DNA from: Flaccisagitta enflata
Taxonomy: Eukaryota
DNA: 64,000 nucleotides
Assembly: GCA_965153355.1 (NCBI GenBank)
Contig: OZ231126.1
Location: 10,354,001-10,418,000, forward strand
Reading direction: 5' to 3'
In this document: positions 9,450 through 24,507 of the stretch, piece by piece
Position numbering within the stretch: the first letter of the stretch is position 1
Layout: the number at the start of each line of letters is the position of its first letter
Notes under the pieces: model-generated
What the model was told of the DNA's origin: nothing
Databases searched by the model: none
Seen by the model: the letters and a program-made list of their open reading frames with translations, nothing else
Made by a program: the position numbers and the translations under genes

Positions 9450-10308
9450 AACTTCTTTATTTCTGCATCTGTGGTTTTAGCAAAAAAAGTGCAACGACGG
9501 CAACGATCAGGACGAGAGAAGACACCGAGTATAGACGAGAAAAAGGGGCGCCAAGCGGAAAACGAGTTTTGCGCAAAAAACGCGTTTTGCGCATAAAGAC
9601 GATCGGAATCGACGGAGAATCCTCTTTACAGTCGAGCTCAGCGCAAATGCCGGAAATACGAAATTGGACAAAAGGACGACGCAAAAACGAATCTCGATCG
9701 ATGCTGAGAACGAAAATGGACGTCACGCTGAGGAACGCGAGGAAAGGCGTGCGCGGTAGAATAGGCGTATAATCAGGCCTGATTTTAGAGCGAGCCCGCG
9801 AGCCCGGTGCTCTCTATTTTGCTCTCGGGCTCTCATGTTTTGCAAGCTCTGAGCCCGGCTGGCTCTCTGTCATTAATGGGGTGGATTCAAAGTGCTCAAG
9901 CTGATTGAGTTAAATATTTGAAAAATCATCAAGTTTTCAGTCGTTTTTTATTTTTTTGATTTCTTTCACAAACTGAATCATCTTTGTAGTGATTATTTCA
10001 TCATTATACCATTTAGTCATTGGCTACTTTTACAAATCTAGGCTGATATGATTGTAAAATTTGGCATAACATTTTTACCGGGCTCAAGGTTTTTGTCTCG
10101 GGCTCTGTCAAATTGTGAGGGGCGAGCCCGACTGGCAATGGTCGAGTATATTTGTTAGATCCCCGGCGAACGTTTTCTTAGGCCTTAATAAAACCATAGT
10201 AACGCTAATTATAATAGTTAGATCTTACGAGCTTTTTTTACCGCCGCACAACACCAACGTACACCTGATTATAATTGTTAGATCCGGCCGGAACGTTTGC
10301 CAATTTTT

Positions 10309-10683
10309 AGTCGCGTGCTACGCGACTCTGCAACCCGCTTTGTCGGTCCGTCCGTCGGTCCGTCCGTCGGTCCGTCCGTCCGTCGGTCCGTCGGTCCGTC
10401 ACACTTTACTTTTTTACAATATAACATCATTTCTTAAGTTATTTTAAGTCATTTAAAGTCATTAATAGTTATTATAAGTCATTTTGAGTCATTCTAAGTC
10501 ATTTTGAGTCATTCTAAGTCACTTCAAGTTATTCTAAGTCATTTTAAGTCATTTTTGGTTATTAGGTTTTTTAGTCATTTTAAGTTGTTTTTGGTCATTT
10601 TAAGTCATTCTAAGTCATTCAAAGTCATTCTAAGTCATTCTAAGTCTGTAAGTCTTGCACGCGACTTATAGGTGTTGGCCTTG
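10309..10683 (+). mobile_element. HINE-like (Helentron-associated) non-autonomous element
   Basis: Starts agtcgcgtgctacgcgact, then a (gtcc/gtcg)n tract, an aagtcatt minisatellite and a gcacgcgact subterminal repeat. It sits in a T-run, and the empty site is visible in the paralogous sequence at 6181-6200. Confidence 0.7.
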
Positions 10684-11145
10684 TTTAAGTATATGGCCCG
10701 AGAGAGTCGCAAAATGCTCAGTTTTTCACGCGTAAAACTGCAATAAAACAGTTATATTATGGTTTATTTCATTCCGCAGTAAAACGCCTGCCAAATACAT
10801 TCATTTGTCCCACAAAGAAATGTAACTTCTTGTAACAATTGTTTTGTTTGTATAAAAATAAAACTCCCCTTTGTTTAATTCCATTTCTTTTCCGCTTCAA
10901 CATTTCATGCGATTACCATGGCTTCGTTATCTAGAATCTGTCTGTTTTGATAAGTTTAGTTAGCTGATGTGCCAGTGGTGGAAAGTGTTTCGAAACGGCT
11001 TCGTTCTCGTCATTCAAAGTGTTAATGTTCATACAATGCACCACGTTGTACACAAATTTGTCATTGGCGCCATTTATTGTTATGCGACTTTTTCAATTCA
11101 CTGTTTCGAGTATTTTGATAAAATTATATTTTGTCCAGCGATCTT

Positions 11146-11210
11146 AAAAACCCAGGCTGGGCACCTGCTTCGAGTATTTTACTCGAAGCAGGTGCCCAGC
11201 CTGGGTTTTT
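11146..11210. repeat. Perfect 31-bp inverted repeat with a 3-nt loop
   Basis: aaaaacccaggctgggcacctgcttcgagta-ttt-tactcgaagcaggtgcccagcctgggttttt. Confidence 0.95.
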
Positions 11211-11789
11211 TTTTTAAGCTCGCCGGACCAAATATAATTATTATATTTTGGGATCTAACTATTATAGCTCATGGTATAATTATTAGATAATCCAAAATAT
11301 AATTATTATAATTATCAATATAATTGTTGTAAGTTGTCTTAAAACAGTTATATTGGTTGAATAAAACTGTTATATTGACCATATGGCACCACTGCGATAT
11401 AATTTCGATATAATTTCGATATAATTTCGATATAATTTTGATAAAAAAATTATAATTTCGATATAATATCGATATAATATCGATATAATTGTTATGTGGT
11501 ATAATTTCGTCCGCGATTGATATAATTTTTTGCTATAATTATTAGAAAAAAACTTTTTTTTTTGAGTGTATGTCACACAGTACTATATCTGCGCGGGTTA
11601 CATCAGTGTCTTTTCCTGTCATTGTCTCACCATCTAATTGCTTGTCTACTTCTCTTTTTTGTTTTACAGTAGGTTTCATGCCAACGTTTTTGGCCTGTCT
11701 ATTTATCTGTCTGTGTCTGTTTGTGTCTCTACTTGTACCTGTCTCTCTGTCTCTGTCTCTGTCTTTGTCTCTCTCTCTCTCTCTGTCTC

Positions 11790-11881
<92 letters not shown>

Positions 11882-13108
11882 AGATAGCAAAGGGACAATT
11901 TAGTGCCCCGGCGTTGCTTCAGCAGCGGTTTTCTCTTCTCACTAAGGTACAATTTTACTACGATTGCTTCATTCAAATGGTTCAATCTCTTAAGCCCACA
12001 TGTTTTAGTCTTTTTCATAGGGATATCAGTAAATTAATCCCCAATCAATTTTGTTTTGTTCTTCCTAAAATAAATCATATGTTTGCATTTTGCCCATGGT
12101 TTGATATCTAGATGGATTAACCAGTATTTTTAAGCATTGGTTTGATCAGGATTCAAGCCAGGCACAGTTTCATCAGCAAAATCTATGTAGAAAAACCTGT
12201 ATCTGTATTCATTAGATGTCAAGAAATTGAAGGATTTCTTTTATTCATCATTTGATCTGATGTCCTACCCAGGCTATGACCATCTCCATTTGGCATAGTT
12301 ACTGTTTGCAGAGCTTTTACATGAATTCTAAGAGGACTTGTCAGTTGAACATTTGTGCAACTTTGTTTTCGCCTCTTAATTGATATCACTCTTTTTCCCC
12401 CATTTTCCCCCCAATACTTGATAATGGCAAAAGGTTTGCATCTGATGTGATATCCAGACTTTGAGGGACAATCTTTTGTCAATGGATAAACAAATCCATG
12501 ATGCTAAACTTAATGTACCAAGACAATACCTCACCCTGTATGTTAACAATCATGCTAAAAAATAACTGAATCAACTCAATTATTTTTCACTATTTTCAGA
12601 AAAGAAATGTCATCTTCAAATCGCTCTCATTTGACTGATTGAGACACAAAAATTGGATTGGTCTCAAATGATAGAACTTTCGAAGTAGTTTCTGAATCTC
12701 ATAATGTTTTCCTACCTATTCCTGCCAGCAATATAGTTATCACTGATTATAAGTTAACTAAGAATTTTTTCCTAGGAAGTATTATGCAATTCACAAGAAA
12801 CTTCACATTTCATGCCTCTTTTTTATCAGATTCAAACCAGAGTAACACAAAGAGAGCATCATTTTCTTTCCTTTGGTCTGGTCTTTGTCGCGGCCAGTTT
12901 CGCAGTCTAAGCGTAGTTTCACTTACCCCAAGGGCCGTAGTTTCTCTTACCCCTAGGAGTAATTTCACTGACCCCAGGGGAGTAGTTCTTCTTGTACGCT
13001 GTTCGCGAAAAAAAGGTCCTCTATTTCATCTTTGGGATTGCCGAGGGTAAAAAATGATGAATGTTTCCAAATCTGCAATTGTGTGCAGTCTGCATTTATT
13101 TTGCTTTC

Positions 13109-13208
<100 letters not shown>

Positions 13209-13292
13209 CAGCCGATTTTACTAATTAGTAATCCTCGATTGCACTGCTCACCAAGAAAATCTGAACTTATCATTAAACATGATTTGCATTGG

Positions 13293-13989
13293 GATGTTGA
13301 AGTGGAAGCGATGACGTGCGTAGGGCCAGGATGCGAGGATAAGTAGGCCGGAACGCGAGGACAAGCAGGCCGGGACGCGAGGACAAACAGGCCGGAATGC
13401 GAGGACAAGCAGGCCAGGATGTGAAGACAAGCAGGCTATGACACGATGACAAACAGGCCGGGTCGCAAGGACAAGAAGGCCGGGATACAAGGATAAGCAG
13501 GCCGAAACGCGAGGACAGGCAGGCCGGAATGCAAGGACGAGCAGGCTGGGACGCAAGGACAAGAAGGCCGGGACGCGAGGACAAACAGGCCGAAAAGTGA
13601 GGACAAGCAGGCTCTGATGCAAGGACAAGCAGGCCGGGGCACCAGGACAAGCAGGCCGGGATGCCAGGACAAGCAGGCTGGGACATGAGGACAAGCAGGC
13701 CAGGACGCCAGGACAAGCAGGCCGGGATGCAAGGATGTGAGGAAAAGCAAGTGGGGACGCAAGAGAAAGCAGGCCGGGACGCAAGGACAAGCAGGCGGGG
13801 ATGCGAGGACAAAGGACAAGCAGGCAGGGATGCCAGGACAAGCAGGCTAGGACGCGAGGACAAGCAGGCGGGGATGTCAGGACATGCAGGTGGGGTAACG
13901 AGGACTAGCAGGCCAGTGCGCGAGGATAAGATGACCGGGATTTGAGGACAGGTATGCCAGGACGCGAGGACAAGCAGGCCGGGATGCGA
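13293..13989. repeat. GC-rich 22-bp minisatellite (about 30 degenerate units)
   Basis: Unit cgcgaggacaagcaggccggga. Confidence 0.9.
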
Positions 13990-14644
13990 AATCTGTTTCT
14001 TTTTGGTCGGTTGGTCAATCGGTAATGAAGTCTTTTCACCGAGTTTTTCACTCCTGCCTTTCTTTTTGCCAATTATTTCCACATGATTTTCATGGAGACT
14101 TGATGTAAAGCAAAGATATGTCGAGGAGCCCAGGAGGTTTTAAACTGAGCTAAGCCTAAGGTACTGAAACCTTAAATAGCGTAAAAGTGATAGGGAGTGG
14201 ATTCAGCCTCCTCCTTCAACTGAATAATGGAAAGAGTTTGACAGATGATAGAGAAGAAAGGTAATATGCAACACAGATACGACAGCTGATAAAGAGGAAG
14301 GGTAATATGCAACGCGGATATGCGGAGATCCCCACCCTCAAGTTTCAATAAAACAACAGTTTAGCTTAGAAGTTCGATGCATCCGAACAAAACTGAATGG
14401 AACAAAATTCTAGCCCGCTTGTCAATTGCAACCAAAATGGGGACTCATATATGCATATTCCACTGGATTTAAATCAACCTAAGAGTTACGTGTGGGCAGA
14501 AGCACCACTGCAAAAACTCCGTGACGTGCGGACGGGCATGGGCTGGACGCATAGACAGACAAACGGATGGAGGGATCTACCAACTGTACAACATTGTCTA
14601 TCGTCTATGTATCTGAGTGTGCGTGTTGTGTTTTCAGTATTGTC

Positions 14645-15610
<966 letters not shown>

Positions 15611-16231
15611 GAGAGCGCGATGAAAGAGAGACAGAGCTAAGAGGCAAGAATAACACTAAATGTCAAGAAACATTTTCTTTGAGTCAGGGAAGAGATTCGG
15701 ATGGCTTTTCATGATGGAGCGACTTTAACTTAAAGCTTGACTCAAGCCTTGAGGCAACTATTTCAGACATTTTGCATTTGTTCATCTTTTGTGTTTATTT
15801 GTAAATGCCAGTTCAGACATTGTGCATTTGTTCATCTTTTTAGTCGCGTGCTTCGCGACTTTACATCCCGCTATGTCGGTTCGTTGGTCGGTCGGTCAGT
15901 CCCCTTTTTATTTTTTTGGCGTTTTAGAGCTTTTGGAGCCTCATGCTCCTGCCCAAATGTACTAGTGATCTTCTCCAGCACTGCTCCTGCCCACCCGCAC
16001 GCGACTGGGGTAGCAATGTATCCGGCCTTGTTTAGTCAGTTATCTATTGTCGAAAGTCAGTTCAAGAAGCGTGCGCCAAATGCCGTTGGCAATCTGCTTA
16101 ATCTTAAGATAGTTATGAAATTTGCAACATAAAGTATCTTAAACAAAATCTTTGGAAAACTATTTTAACAAATCAACTAAACTACATTGATCCTGGTTGG
16201 AATTGTAAATTATTTATGCGTGGGTAACACG

Positions 16232-16480
16232 CATGTCAGTATGTCCATTCCGGTATGAACATGTTGGTATGCCCATGTTGGTTTATCCATGCTTGTATGC
16301 CCATGCCGGTTTGTCCGTGTCGGTATGCCCATGCCGGTTTATCCATGCCGGTATGCCCATGCCGGTTTGTCCATGTTGGTATACCCATGCTAGTATGTCC
16401 ATTCTGGTGTGTCCATGGCTCATGCCGGTATGTCCACGCCGGTATGTCCACGCCGGTATGTCAATGTCCGTATGCCCAGG
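16232..16480. repeat. 14-bp minisatellite
   Basis: Unit approximately catgccggtatgcc. Confidence 0.85.
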
Positions 16481-16888
16481 TCACCATGGTGCTATCATTG
16501 CTGGGGCTAATGTTCGACTGAATGTGTATCCCAAAAGGAAACCAGCCTTTGATTCTTGAGGAATTTCAAAGTATTCAATGCTCTCAATGCTTTCGAGTCT
16601 CTGTATCCCGCTATGTCGGTCAGTTGATGTGTTGATCCGTTCTTCCATCGCGTCGGTCGCTCTAATTTTTTAAGCGTTTATGGGCTGTTTTTGCATTACT
16701 GCTCCCACCCAAATACTTGGGCTGGCCTTTTTGTTCACTGCCCCTGCTCACCCGCAAGCGACTTGGGTAGCCGTGTATCCAGCCTAATTAACGAAGGGAA
16801 AATGGGAATTGTCTTGATTTTGTAAAAAAGCGGTGACGCGTAAGGATACAAATTAGGGGGTAGAACGCAACCAGCTATATGAAGAGAT

Positions 16889-16952
<64 letters not shown>

Positions 16953-16972
<20 letters not shown>

Positions 16973-17229
16973 GGACAGACAGAGCCAGAGAGGGAGAAAC
17001 AGAGGGACAGAAAACAAGGCCAACACCCATAAGTCGCGTGCGAGACTTAGATTGACTTAGAATGACTTAGAATGACTTAGAATGACTCGGTATACTCTTA
17101 AAATGACTTTAAATGACTTAAAGGAATAAAATTGATAAAAAAAGTAAAAGTGTGACGGACGGACGGACGGACGGACAAAGCGGCGTGAAGAGTCGCGTGC
17201 ACGCGACTAAAAAAAAGAAAAAAAAAGAA

Positions 17230-17273
<44 letters not shown>

Positions 17274-17520
17274 GGACAGACAGAGCCAGAGAGGGAGAAA
17301 CAGAGGGACAGAAAACAAGGCCAACACCCATAAGTCGCGTGCGAGACTTACAGATTGACTTAGAATGACTTAGAATGACTTAGAATGACTCGGTATACTC
17401 TTAAAATGACTTTAAATGACTTAAAGGAATAAAATTGATAAAAAAAGTAAAAGTGTGACGGACGGACGGACGGACGGACAAAGCGGCGTGAAGAGTCGCG
17501 TGCACGCGACTAAAAAAAAG
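16953..17520. repeat. Recent tandem duplication (about 300-bp unit) containing a HINE-like element on the minus strand
   Basis: cagagccagagaggg...aagtcgcgtgcgagactta...gagtcgcgtgcacgcgactaaaa occurs twice, nearly identical. Confidence 0.85.
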
Positions 17521-17522
17521 AA

Positions 17523-17567
<45 letters not shown>

Positions 17568-17740
17568 TAAATTATAGAGTCTGACTTCATCAACTATGAA
17601 GCTATTTCATAACGGTTTCTTTCTTTTAATGACGCCCAAAGAGAGAAAAAAAGGAACCTTTTTTCTTGGAAAAACTGGGAAAAAAAGATGGAAAGAAATA
17701 AGGAAGGAGGATGAAAGAGGGAAAACAAGAAAGCAGGAAC

Positions 17741-17742
17741 TA

Positions 17743-17826
<84 letters not shown>

Positions 17827-17847
17827 GAAAGAGAGAAAGAAAGAAAG

Positions 17848-17937
<90 letters not shown>

Positions 17938-18214
17938 GAAAGAAAGAAAGAAAGGAAAGAAAGGATGAAAAAAAGGAAGAAGAGAGAGGGAAAGCAAAAG
18001 AGAAAGAAGGGAACAAACAAACAAACAAACAAACAAACAAACAAACAAACAAACAATGAAAGCGACAAAGAAAGAAAAAAAAAGAAGGAAAAGAAAAGAA
18101 AGGAAGGATGAAAGAAAGGAAAGGAAAAAGAAAAGAAAGGTAGAAGAAAAGATCAAAAACAGAAAAATAAAACGGATGAAATAGGAAGGAAAGCAAGAAA
18201 GAAAGAAAGAATGA

Positions 18215-18278
<64 letters not shown>

Positions 18279-18914
18279 AAAGAAAGAGGTAGAGATGGGC
18301 TTTTATCTTTGAAGTTGCCGACAAGGGAGGACCAACATAATGGAACCATAGTAGAATAATGAAAACAGAGTAAAGAAGGAAGAAATGAAAGAGATGAGGG
18401 ATGAGGAGGGGATGAGGAGGAGGGGATGAGGAGGAGGAGAAGATGAGGAGGAGCTGGAGGAGGAGAAGAGAGGAAAGACAAAAAAACGAGCGAACTTTAA
18501 ACCCATAAAAAAAAATTGTTTTGTAAAAACCTTTTCTCTTTGCACCATTCTTTTTTTTTCTTTACAGGGCTTACTATCCACCCTCGGCATCTCTTGATGA
18601 GTTCCTTTCTTGGTTTTAACATGGATTTACCAGTTTATATAAACTTTATTGATATTCATATTAGTTTTAATGATCAAAAAGACAGGCCGCTACCAAAAGA
18701 GGGAAAAGATAAGAAGGAAAGGAATGTTGAGAAACACGTCGTCAAATTATTTGATAACGTATTATACTTGAAATTTCTATTTCCTCATTTTTTTCTTCTT
18801 TCTCAGACCTTTTTTTTTTCTTCCATGGAAGATATATAAGATTTTCATGAACAAATCCGTAAGAGAGGGACGATAATGTGTAATTCGAATCCTGAACAAA
18901 CATTTGAAAATTGC

Positions 18915-18998
<84 letters not shown>

Positions 18999-19027
18999 CC
19001 AGAGTCAGAGAGACAGACGGACATACA

Positions 19028-19074
<47 letters not shown>

Positions 19075-19127
19075 GAAGAAAGAAAGAAAGCAAGAAGGAA
19101 AGTAGGAAAGAAAGAAAGAAAGAAGAA

Positions 19128-19199
<72 letters not shown>

Positions 19200-19290
19200 A
19201 AGAAAGAAGGTATAAAAGAAAGACCGACATACAGACAGAGAGATGGATAGAAAGTAAGAAAGTAAAAAGAAAGAAAGAAAGAAAGACAGA
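17741..19290. repeat. Purine-rich low-complexity (GAAA)n/(GA)n tracts
   Basis: Directly visible; source of many spurious ORFs. Confidence 0.9.
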
Positions 19291-19412
19291 AAGAAAGAGT
19301 CATAACTTCTTTTTTGATCGCAGTCATGCGTTAGCCACATTTTCGCGGCTTCTTTGTTATTCAGTTTTAAAAAATTATGAATTTATAATTTTTTCCTGGA
19401 CCTTATTTTAAA

Positions 19413-19517
<105 letters not shown>

Positions 19518-21180
19518 CAGATTGGCACAGTTCTAAGCCACACTGAATGAATGAATGAATGGATGATTGAATTAATGAAGGAATGGATGAAGAAATAAAT
19601 GAGTTATTACAGGAATGCGTTAACAGGAATGATAAATGGTCAAGAGATTTACCTGTCTTCGTGGTTTCTGCTCTTACTGTCCAACAAACCAGAACACTGA
19701 TCAACAGATCAAGGCCCCAGTCGCGTGCGGGTGGGCAGGGGCCGTATTTGAGGTCACTTGATCATTTTGGCAGGAGCATTCAGGCCAAAGACAAAAAAGA
19801 AAAACAAAAAAAGTTAAATGTAACGGGACGGACTGACAGACGGATCGACGGATGGACCAACGGACCGACAAAGCGGGGTGTAGAGTCGCGTTGACAGAGC
19901 GACATATATGAACTCTTATGGATGTGCCAGGACAAACAAAAATGAATTCAATGAAAGGATTAGTGTACTTGTCTTGTCTTTCGTGATTCGAATAAAAAAG
20001 CTAATTTGCATATTGTCGTCATTCAATCATTTCGATATCGACAGACTTAAGATCACACACAAACCTTTTTGCGCATTATTTTCTTACGAACTATAAACCA
20101 TACATTGACATCTATCCAACAAAGGCCAACATGAACGTGTAGGAAGGCAACGATAGGATTAGGGAAAACAGGCAAATCACTCGGCCACGGCTGATGCTTT
20201 GCTTTTTAGAATAGCGTATATATACTTTTGAAGTAAGGATGAAGGTGAACGAAGATATAATAATATAATGTAATTCATTTTTTGTTGTCTCTATTTGAAG
20301 GGCGGCCGGAGAGCTGCCCTAAAAGTCTGTGCCGCGGTCAGCCGTGATTATGCATCCGGTTCCGGCCTCTCGAAATGGGTGTTTTGCCGATATAGTACTA
20401 TCTAAAAAATAATTATGGAATCACTAAGGTTGTGATTTGATTTATCAACCAAATTACGCTCAAACAATGAAACTGATCGCATAAGCACTTCATGTGACAT
20501 TTTCAGTTGCGTTGCATTTTTAGTTGAGGCTTTGTCCGTCCGTTGGTCCGTTGGTCCGTTGGTCCTTCCGTCCGTCTGTCACGCTCGAGTTGAAAAGTGG
20601 GAAAACGCGCATTTCCGCCCCTGCCCACCTGTCCGCAACTGGTGGCCGTGTATCCGGCCTTCTGGTTAACTAATATCTACATCTAATATGTACAGTTTTG
20701 TAGCTGGGGGCGGTTGATGAAGATTTTCATACAGGTAGGGTCTCGTTCTGCTATCTGTGCGCGGTTATTGCCAGTTAATCATTTAATGGAGAGTTTCCAT
20801 AGTTTCGATTGTCATTTCTCAACGGTTAAAGCCACAGAAACAAGACTGCGCTCATCTTGAAGATTTTTCGATGTAGATTAATTTGCTTTTTTTTTTTTAA
20901 GTTTTGTTTTTCAAGAAGCGGAGCTTTCTCAAGCATAATAAAACCCTAATTTTTTTGTTCAATCTTTTTCATTTTTTTCCGACCATTTTGAAAATGAGAG
21001 TTTTTACTCTTTTGCTTGTCATAAATTTCTAAACGGTTTGAGCTACAGAGACCAGATTGAACTCACCTGAAGATTTTTTGACGTAGATTAATTTGCTATT
21101 TAAAAAAATTATTCAGCTTTTTAAGAAGCCAAGATATCTATGGTAGAAGTTGATACCATAATTATTTCCTAGTTAGTACG

Positions 21181-23590
21181 CTTTTTGGGCAGCGGCCCCG
21201 AAGGGGACGAAGTCCTGTAGAACACAGGGGGACTTTCGTTCGTCCGTTAGTTCGTTCGTTCGTCCGTTCGTCCCCCCTCTCAGGCCCAAAATCAGCCCTC
21301 TCAAGCCTGAAACCCCCCTCTCAGGCCCAAAATCAGCCCTCTCAAGCCTGAAATCAGCCCTCTCAGTCCTGAAATCAGCCCTCTCAAGCCTGAAATCAGC
21401 CCTCTCAAGCCTCAAATCAGCCTTCTCCAGCCTCAAATCAGCCTTCTCCAGCCTCAAATCAGCCTTCTCAAGCCTCTTAGTGGCCTTCTAGAGCCTTTCA
21501 ATCTGCTCTCTCAGACCTTATTTTAGCCCTCTCAAGCCCCCTTACCCCTCTCAGATCTAAGAATCTCCTACTTCTACAGGACTTCGTCTCCTTCGGGGCC
21601 CCTCCATGCTCTTTCAGACTCTTAATTTGCCTTCTCAAGCCCTCTCAACCCTTGAATTGGCTCTCAAAGCTCTCTCAGACCTAATTGTAGCCCTCTCAAG
21701 CCTGAAACCCCCTCTCAGACCCAAAATCAGCCCTCTCAAGCCTAAACCCCCTCTCAGGCCCAAAATCAGCCCTCTCAAGCCTAAGACCTCTCAAAAAAGA
21801 GCCCTCTCAAGCCTGAAATCAGCCCCTCAAGCCTGAAATCAGCCCTCTCAATCCTGAAATCAGCCCTCTCAAGCCTGAAATCAGCCTTCTCAAGCCTCAA
21901 ATCAGCCTTCTCCAGCCTCAAATCAGCCTTCTCCAGCCTCAAATCAGCCTTCTCAAGCCTCTTAGTGGCCTTCTAGAGCCTTTCAATCAGCTCTCTCACA
22001 CCTTATTTTAGCCCTCTCAAGCCCCCTTACCCCTCTCAGATCTAAGAATCTCCTACTTCTACAGGACTTCGTCTCCTTCGGGGCCCCTCCATGCTCTTTC
22101 AGACTCTTAATTTGCCTTCTCAAGCCCTCTCAACCCTTGAATTGGCTCTCAAAGCTCTCTCAGACCTAATTGTAGCCCTCTCATGCCCCCTTACCCCTCT
22201 CATATCTAAGAAACCCTTACTTCTTCAGGACTTCATCTCCTTTGGGGCCCCTCCAAGCCTTTTCAGACACCTAATTTGCCTTCTCAAGCCCTCTCAAGCC
22301 TGAAATTGGCTCTACAAGTTAAAATCAGCCCTCTCAAGCCTGAAATCAGCCTTCTTAAGCCTGAAATCAGCCCTCTCAAGCCTGAAATCAGCCCTCTCAA
22401 GCCTGAAATCAGCCCTCTCAAGCCTGAAATCAGCCCTCTCAAGCCTGAAATCAGCCCTCTCAGGCCTCAAATCAGCCTTCTCCAGCCTCAAATCAGCCTT
22501 CTCAAGCCTCTTAGTTGCCGCCTTTAAATCAGCTCTCTCAGACCTTATTTTAGCCCTCTCAAGCCCCCTTACCCCTCTCGAATCTCCTACATCTACAGGA
22601 CTTCGTCTCCTTCGGGGCCCCTCCATGCTCTTTCAGACTCTTAATTTGCCTTCTCAAGCCCTCTCAACCTTTGAATTGGCTCTCAAAGCTCTCTCAGACC
22701 TAATTGTAGCCCTCTCATGCCCCCTTACCCTACTCATATCTAAGAAACCCTTACTTCTTCAGGACTTTGTCTCCTTTGGGGCCCCTCCAAGCCTTTTGGG
22801 CAGCGGCCCCGAAGGGGACGAAGTCCTGTAGAACACAGGGGGACTTTCGTTCGTCCGTTCGTCCGTCCGTTCGTCCGTTCGTTCGTTAGTCCCCCCCCTT
22901 CATCAGACCCCTCAGGCCTCAAATCTGGCCTCTCAGGCCTCAAATCCAGCCTCTCAGGTCTCAAATCCAGCCTCCCAGGCCTCAAATCTGGCCTCTCAGG
23001 CCTCAAATCTGGCCTCTCAGGCCTCAAATCTGGCCTCTCAGGGCTCAAATCTGGCCTCTCAGGCCTCTCAGGCCTCGAATCTGGCCTCTCAGGCCTCTCA
23101 GGCCTCGAATCTGGCCTCTCAGGCCTCAAATCTGGCCTCTCAGGCCTCAAATTTGGCTTCTCAGGCCTCAAATCCAAATTCTTAGGCCTCAAACCTGGAC
23201 TCTCATGCCTCAAATTAGGCCTCTCAGGCCTCAAATCAGCCATCTAAACCTCAATTTATTGCTCCCTGGCTTCAAATCAGTCCTCTGGCCTTTCAAGCCT
23301 TAATCCAGCTCTCTCAAGCCTCAAGTCAGCCCTCTCAAGCTTCCAATCGGCATTCTCAGGCCTTATATCAGCCTTCTTAGACCTCAGTTTAGGCTCTTGA
23401 ATGCCTTCAGTCAGCCCTTTATAGCATCTCATCCACTTCTTCAGGTAGGACGAACGAAAGTCCCCCTGTGTTCTACAGGACTTCGTCCCCTTCGGGGCCG
23501 CTGCCCTGCTTCCCCTCACTTCAATTCACAATCACTCAAAGCAGGGCAACGGGTATCGCTGACCACATATTGCCCTTGGGCGACCTGTTA
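21181..23590 (+). mobile_element. Cluster of HINE-like elements with a 21-bp internal minisatellite; complete copy at about 22793-23590
   Basis: Long subterminal inverted repeat gggcagcggccccgaaggggacgaagtcctgtagaacacaggggg, offset from a 3' end ...gggtatcgctgaccacatattgcccttgggcgacctg. The internal unit is aggcctcaaatctggcctctc. Confidence 0.7.
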
Positions 23591-24358
23591 GATGCCAGCA
23601 ACTCAATACTCATATCCTCATAACTATATCATTCAGCTGCGACCGATTTACAAACCTATCTGACCCTCTCATGAAGTGTTTAGACTGTAGTTATGTGGAA
23701 GCGATTGACCGCTTCCAATATGGTGGGTGGGATAGCTACTAGTATTTGAACTATAAAATGGAAGCGGGAGCGGAAGCGGAAGCGGAGACGGAAGCGGAAG
23801 CGGAGGCGGAAGCGGTGGAAATGGCATAAAAATCGACCGCTTCCACATCCCACATCACAGCTTTAGACGATATTGTGGACGGAGAGCAGAGTTAGAGACG
23901 GGACGGGGTCACGCTGGATTTGTTAAATGTTAAAACAAGAACGGATGTAGGGGCAGTATTTGCGGTTATCAGTCATCGGAGCGACCGACGGACCGATAGC
24001 GACTTCAGAGACATCAAGAATCGTGTCGCGTGGACCCGAGATGGTCCCTCTCAAGGTCGACTTATCTAGGGCAAGGAAGTAACAAAAACAATATTTTGGC
24101 CCAACCAAAATTATCGAGGCAAATGAGGCCTCTTCAAAAAACGACATTTCTTAATTTTCTAGCGAAACATGTACGAGATAGGAACGATAGAGAGCTATTC
24201 GGACAAAAAGCGAAAATCTATCATGAATTCAGGGAATTCATTCCTCTAATTGGCCCTGATAAAACAACAAAGAGATTTTTGTAGTGCTAATCATTGGTAC
24301 ATCTTTACATCTCGTGGTTGTACTTCGACTAATCATCCAGGGAATAATGAAAAATATG

Positions 24359-24438
<80 letters not shown>

Positions 24439-24507
24439 CCCAGGAACAAACCCTTGGTGGAAAAAAAAGGCCAAGCGTTATGAACCCCCTGAACATGTTT
24501 TACATTG

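Noticed and set aside
12000-12900. Possible decayed transposase (GFVY...YHIRC, Mutator/FLYWCH-like)
   Set aside because: Too fragmented by stops to support without a profile search.
13248-14082. Long Cys/Pro-rich ORFs
   Set aside because: Open in several frames because of a 22-bp minisatellite whose period is not a multiple of 3.
22740-23243. (RPERPDL)n protein
   Set aside because: Translation of the 21-bp minisatellite inside a HINE-like element.
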